Positions 8,055 to 11,551 of a stretch of 11,551 bases of DNA are shown piece after piece. The DNA lies in contig JBDRKP010000011.1 in assembly GCA_043813875.1 (NCBI GenBank), positions 1 through 11,551 of the forward strand. The letters are read 5' to 3'. Both the position numbers and the translations under genes were made by a program. Each line of letters begins with the position of its first letter. Position 1 is the first letter of the stretch. The notes beneath the pieces were generated by a model. The model ran no database searches, had not been told where the DNA came from, and saw only the letters and a program-made list of their open reading frames with translations. The DNA comes from an archaeon (GTDB lineage: Archaea > EX4484-52 > B79-G9).

Positions 8055-8762
8055 ATGATACTTAACAAAGACATAAAAAAACCATCAGATATGCCAAAAC
8101 TGGAGAGCCCCTTCACGAGAAAGGAAATCAACAGCACCTACATCTGCATCCCAGAAATCAACGACAAATATCGCTGGGTATTTACCCCAGAGAGCAGAGC
8201 AATAGAAAAACTGGATGGCACAAACATAAGCATAATCATAAAAGACAAAACAATAACCTCTGTGTACAACCGCAAAAACTGCATAGACATCTGGAAAAAA
8301 GGAAATAAGATATATGCATACGGTCTCTTGGAATCAATAGATCGTGGCTATATATCAATAAAAGGCAATCCTGACGGTCAATACTTCGGCGAACTCATCG
8401 GCGCAAGAATCAACGGCAACCAATACAATCAGGACAACCCGGTTTGGCTCCCATTCAGCTATCTTAAAGAAAAATACCGCTACAAATTCTGGGATGATTT
8501 CGTAAAAGAGTTAGACGGCCTACCAGACAAGCAGATATACGAAAAAGTCCGCAACCTCTTCAAAGGCCTCTGGAGCTTATACAAAAGAAAAAAAGCAATC
8601 AAAGGAGAAGTCACCGAAAACACATCATTTGATGGACTCGCAGCCGAAGGCATCGTATTCTACAAAAAAGGCACCAACGAGATGTGCAAACTAAGAAGGG
8701 ACATGTTCGACTTCTACATTAGCAACCGCCACAACACCACAAATAGCACACATAGAGGTTAG
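8055..8762 (+). CDS. ATP-dependent RNA-ligase-like covalent nucleotidyltransferase (ligase domain only)
   Basis: Motif I EKLDGTN (KxDG), NRK (Ia-like), motif III FGELIG, motif IV EGIVF, motif V CKL. No OB-fold or other C-terminal domain is apparent. Start chosen from the SD and TATA positions. Confidence 0.8.
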   Translation: MILNKDIKKPSDMPKLESPFTRKEINSTYICIPEINDKYRWVFTPESRAIEKLDGTNISIIIKDKTITSVYNRKNCIDIWKKGNKIYAYGLLESIDRGYISIKGNPDGQYFGELIGARINGNQYNQDNPVWLPFSYLKEKYRYKFWDDFVKELDGLPDKQIYEKVRNLFKGLWSLYKRKKAIKGEVTENTSFDGLAAEGIVFYKKGTNEMCKLRRDMFDFYISNRHNTTNSTHRG

Positions 8763-8765
8763 CTC

Positions 8766-9913
8766 ATGGCAATTGACATACAGGACGGAACTCTCGATAG
8801 AGTCTATAATGACATAAGACAGGTATTGGAAAAAGCCCGGGATAATGCCTGCAGGGCAATTAATTTTGCAATGGTGACCGCATATTGGGAAATAGGCAGG
8901 ATAATTGTTGAAGAAGAACAGAAAGGAGAAAAGAGAGCAGAATACGGAAAAGCGATACTCCGAAGTTTGTCCTGTAAACTATCGAAAGAATACGGCAAAG
9001 GATTTGACGACTCAAACCTCAGAAACATGAGGCAGTTTTATCTGACATTCCAAAATTGTGACGCACTGCGTAACGAATTGTCATGGACGCATTACAGGAT
9101 GTTGCTGCGCATCGAAAAAGAAGAAGCAAGACAGTTTTATCTGCATGAGTCTATAGCCAATAATTGGAGCACACGCCAGCTTGAAAGACAGATAAACTCT
9201 CTCTTGTATGAACGTATCGCCTAAAGCAAAGACAAGGAAAAAGTAAAAGAATTGTCATATGGTCAAATCATCAAAGCACCAGAAGACATTATTAAAGATC
9301 CTTATGTTCTTGAATTTCTGGGATTGAAAGACAACACAGGATTACATGAAAGCGACATGGAACAATTGTTGATTGACAAGTTGCAGGCATTTCTACTCGA
9401 ACTTGGGAAAGGGTTTTCCCTCGCATCAAGGCAAAAAAGAATAACAATTGACACAGACCATTATTATGTTGATCTGGTCTTCTACAATTATAGTTGACGT
9501 CGTTAATGGCTGGACAAATATGACCAATAAACCAACAGACGTCAATCTATATGGAAAAGCCATAGTCTAAAAAGTTATGGCTTTTACTATATATTTTGAA
9601 GTGTTTCATTCTTATTGACCTGAAACTGGGAAAACTCACGCATAAGGACATCGGTCAGATGGACTTTTATGTTCGTTATTTCGAGAAAGAAGAAAAGCAG
9701 GAAAAAGACAATCCTACAATAGGTTTGATACTCTGCTCAGACAAAAACGAGTCAATCGTAAAATACACCCTTCTCAATGAAAGCAGGACAATATTTGCAT
9801 CACGATATAAACTCTATCTGCCGACAGAGGAAGAACTCAAAAAAGAGATTACACGAGAGCGGACATTAATAGAACATGAAAAGAAACTTGAAATGCAAAA
9901 GATTCCGCAATAA
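8766..9913 (+). pseudogene. YhcG/DUF1016 PD-(D/E)XK nuclease-family pseudogene (nonsense codon 9222-9224; 101-bp insertion 9493-9593)
   Basis: Family motifs are spread over three fragments: YWEIGR.IVEEEQ.G..RAEYG, LSWTHY, WS.RQLERQI, IKDPYVLEFL, FLLELGKGF, DLVFYN|ILKCF.LIDLK, GQMDFYV, NPTIGLILC, FASRYKLYLP. Reading through the TAA and removing 101 bp restores one 348-aa frame. Confidence 0.9.
9489..9593. mobile_element. 101-bp double-hairpin insertion flanked by TATA direct repeats
   Basis: Removing 9493-9593 gives AAT TAT ATT TTG AAG TGT (NYILKC), the family consensus. Two imperfect hairpins lie at 9489-9551 and 9550-9591. Confidence 0.8.
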
Positions 9914-10036
9914 TAGAAAGATATTTGGCAACAACTGTCTCTCGTGCACATCATCAAGATTTGTAACATTTGACATGATTCAAGTAACAATTATAGATTA
10001 TGATTGCTGATCAACAAAAGATTGATTAGAGGTCTC

Positions 10037-10066
10037 ATACGCACTCACTCGCCCCGATAGTATCGG
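10037..10066 (+). repeat. 30-bp direct repeat, right copy
   Basis: ATACGCACTCACTCGCCCCGATAgTATCGG, 2070 bp downstream of the left copy. Confidence 0.95.
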
Positions 10067-10096
10067 TTACCATAAGATACTATCTGCCCGCTGCCA

Positions 10097-10975
10097 CTAT
10101 ATAGGAATATTCCCAAACACAGCTTGTTGCATACTCCCCCCGAAATCAAAACTGGGAAGATACCCCGACGTCACAAGAAAGAAAATCACCCCGATAACAA
10201 CCAGCGAAAACAGGTTGATAATGATTCCCTTCTCCATCTCATACCTCTCATCCCTGTTCAAAAGAAACATCAGCACCGTCACCGACAGGAACCCGCCGAC
10301 ATGCGCAACATGCGCAATCCCGTCATTCGCATTGCTCAGAAGCCCGGAGATATCAGCATAGATAGCAAACCACCCACAGATCATATTCGGCAGCGGCACG
10401 ACCGACGAAAAAGTGATCCCGAACGGGTCAAGCAGTATCGCAGCAGCTATGATCCCCATCAAAGCCCCCGACGCCCCGATAGCAGGGACATCAGACCCCA
10501 TAAGAAACAGATTGATAGCCGAATAGAACGCGCTGCTGATGACCAGCGCCCCGAAATATACCATTGCCGTCTTGGCGCTCCCAAGCTTCCTCTCAACCGA
10601 CCTTGAAAAGATAAATATCCCAAACATATTCCAAAACAGATGCACAAGACTCCCGTGAAGGAACCCTGCAGTCACAAGCGTATAATACCTCCTGTAATCA
10701 AGCAGGTTGCTCGGATAATTGATAAGTGCATTAAACGTTTCACTGCTAAGAAAAAACGCAGCAAAAATCGTGACAGCCACATTGGCAATGATTATGGTGA
10801 TCGTGAACTTCGCCTCGAACAGGAACTCATACATATCATAGAACGGCTTAAACAGATCCCCCCACTCCCTTTTGCCGAGCATCACAAGAACAAGAGTGAC
10901 CGGCGTGAGCAAAACATCATAGATCAGCTTCAGCAGGAACTTCGACTCCGGCTCAATCTCCTTATCATCATCCAT
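10097..10975 (-). CDS. Rhomboid-family intramembrane serine protease
   Basis: FLHGSLVHLFWNM, catalytic GASG, catalytic His in AHVAHVGG, multiple TM helices. A TTATATAT box is at 10999-11006. Confidence 0.92.
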   Translation of the reverse strand: MDDDKEIEPESKFLLKLIYDVLLTPVTLVLVMLGKREWGDLFKPFYDMYEFLFEAKFTITIIIANVAVTIFAAFFLSSETFNALINYPSNLLDYRRYYTLVTAGFLHGSLVHLFWNMFGIFIFSRSVERKLGSAKTAMVYFGALVISSAFYSAINLFLMGSDVPAIGASGALMGIIAAAILLDPFGITFSSVVPLPNMICGWFAIYADISGLLSNANDGIAHVAHVGGFLSVTVLMFLLNRDERYEMEKGIIINLFSLVVIGVIFFLVTSGYLPSFDFGGSMQQAVFGNIPI

Positions 10976-11050
10976 ATTTTCATATTCAATAAACTGATAT
11001 ATATAATTGACATCAGAATGAGTTGTTAAGTCTTATGGTGATGATTATTC

Positions 11051-11207
11051 TATACTCAAGGCATGAAATAAATGAGCAAACTTCAACAAAAACCAATATG
11101 CATTGAGTATTCGAGCAAATCTTTGATTTGCTGAATCCTAAAAATCACGTGTGATTTTTAAGGATATGGAAAGGCACACAACTCAAATTATTAGTGCCTT
11201 TACTATA
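11051..11207. repeat. Four consecutive inverted repeats, TATA-bounded; related to the 9489-9593 insertion
   Basis: Hairpins at 11052-11110, 11114-11132, 11135-11165 and 11165-11207. The last has the same TATGG...A-CTATA frame as 9550-9591. Confidence 0.7.
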
Positions 11208-11306
11208 AAAACGTCATATATCCTCACGAAATAACGAATGTCATAGTTTCATTGATGACGAAGCATTGACCATAATATTCTCTCTCATAGGAAAAAAAGA
11301 CTAAGA

Positions 11307-11411
11307 CTAAGGAATATAACCTGCTGACCGCAAGAACAAATAAAGTAATATCAACAGAACAATAATAATAATTATATCTGGTTTTATTTGAGCCTTTTTC
11401 TTTTTTTCTTC
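11307..11411 (-). pseudogene. Remnant of a small membrane or pilin-like gene with a class III signal peptide-like motif, cut by the IS end
   Basis: EEKKKKAQIKPDIIIIIVLLILLYLFLRSAGYIP*: a basic stretch, KKAQ, then a hydrophobic helix. The sequence immediately upstream is the IS terminal repeat. Confidence 0.5.
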
Positions 11412-11551
11412 GTAACTACTCAGCCCAATTATCCCCATTACCCCCATTATGACTTTTATACCCCAATTCTGTGTTAAAAACCGATAATTAGATATGGACG
11501 TTTGCACGATATCATATAATGCTTGACAAGGATGCATACATCAATAAATTA
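11412..11551 (+). mobile_element. Probable left end of an IS66-family element (terminal inverted repeat 11412-11427)
   Basis: Starts GTAACTACTCAGCCCA, a 16/16 inverted match to 125-140. Loose similarity continues to CATTATG at 11445-11451 (vs CATAATG 105-111) and then diverges. Confidence 0.6.

Noticed and set aside
7928..8137. 70-aa N-terminal extension of DUF488 in the ORF track
   Set aside because: It overlaps the divergent ligase gene and its promoter; family similarity starts at METVYTIGHS, which has its own TATA box.
9489..9593. Canonical integron attC sites
   Set aside because: No RYYYAAC...GTTRRRY boxes in the required orientation and no integrase in the window; only the architecture is analogous.
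9479..9601. Archaeal bulge-helix-bulge mRNA intron in YhcG (tempting given the adjacent ligase)
   Set aside because: Outer helices (CTTC/GAAG, TATAGT/ACTATA) can form, but I could not build the 4-bp central helix with two 3-nt bulges. The gene also has an upstream nonsense codon.
312..11029. Shadow ORFs (e.g. 312-560, 1789-2253, 5369-5857, 6466-7056, 10124-10606, 10640-11029)
   Set aside because: They are antisense or alternate-frame overlaps of well-supported genes, have biased Arg/Pro/Ser/His composition and show no recognisable motifs.
11448..11537. Full 76-aa ORF 11307-11537 as a native gene
   Set aside because: Its 5' part lies inside the IS end, so it is a chimeric read-through rather than an original gene.

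Overview
Archaeal chromosomal segment: TATA-like boxes lie about 22-28 nt upstream of several ATGs, there is a four-subunit pyruvate:ferredoxin oxidoreductase operon, and a class III signal peptide motif is present. A DPANN-like host is possible but cannot be shown from sequence alone. Both ends run exactly 140 bp into probable IS66-family element ends (shared 16-bp inverted terminus GTAACTACTCAGCCCA; transposase-like C-terminus at 1-87). Core-like genes: alpha/beta hydrolase, tmk, POR gamma-delta-alpha-beta, a DUF488 protein and a rhomboid protease. Accessory-looking parts: (i) a minus-strand block of MBL hydrolase, cupin and PAP2 phosphatase that contains a 74-bp tandem duplication and a structured, tRNA-sized non-coding element; (ii) a 2.07-kb RNA-ligase-like + YhcG/DUF1016 pseudogene islet bounded by 30-bp direct repeats. 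The most unusual signal is a family of small TATA-bounded hairpins (TATRG-stem-loop-stem-extrahelical base-CTATA). One 101-bp two-hairpin copy is inserted precisely into the YhcG gene, and a covarying relative sits at 11051-11207.
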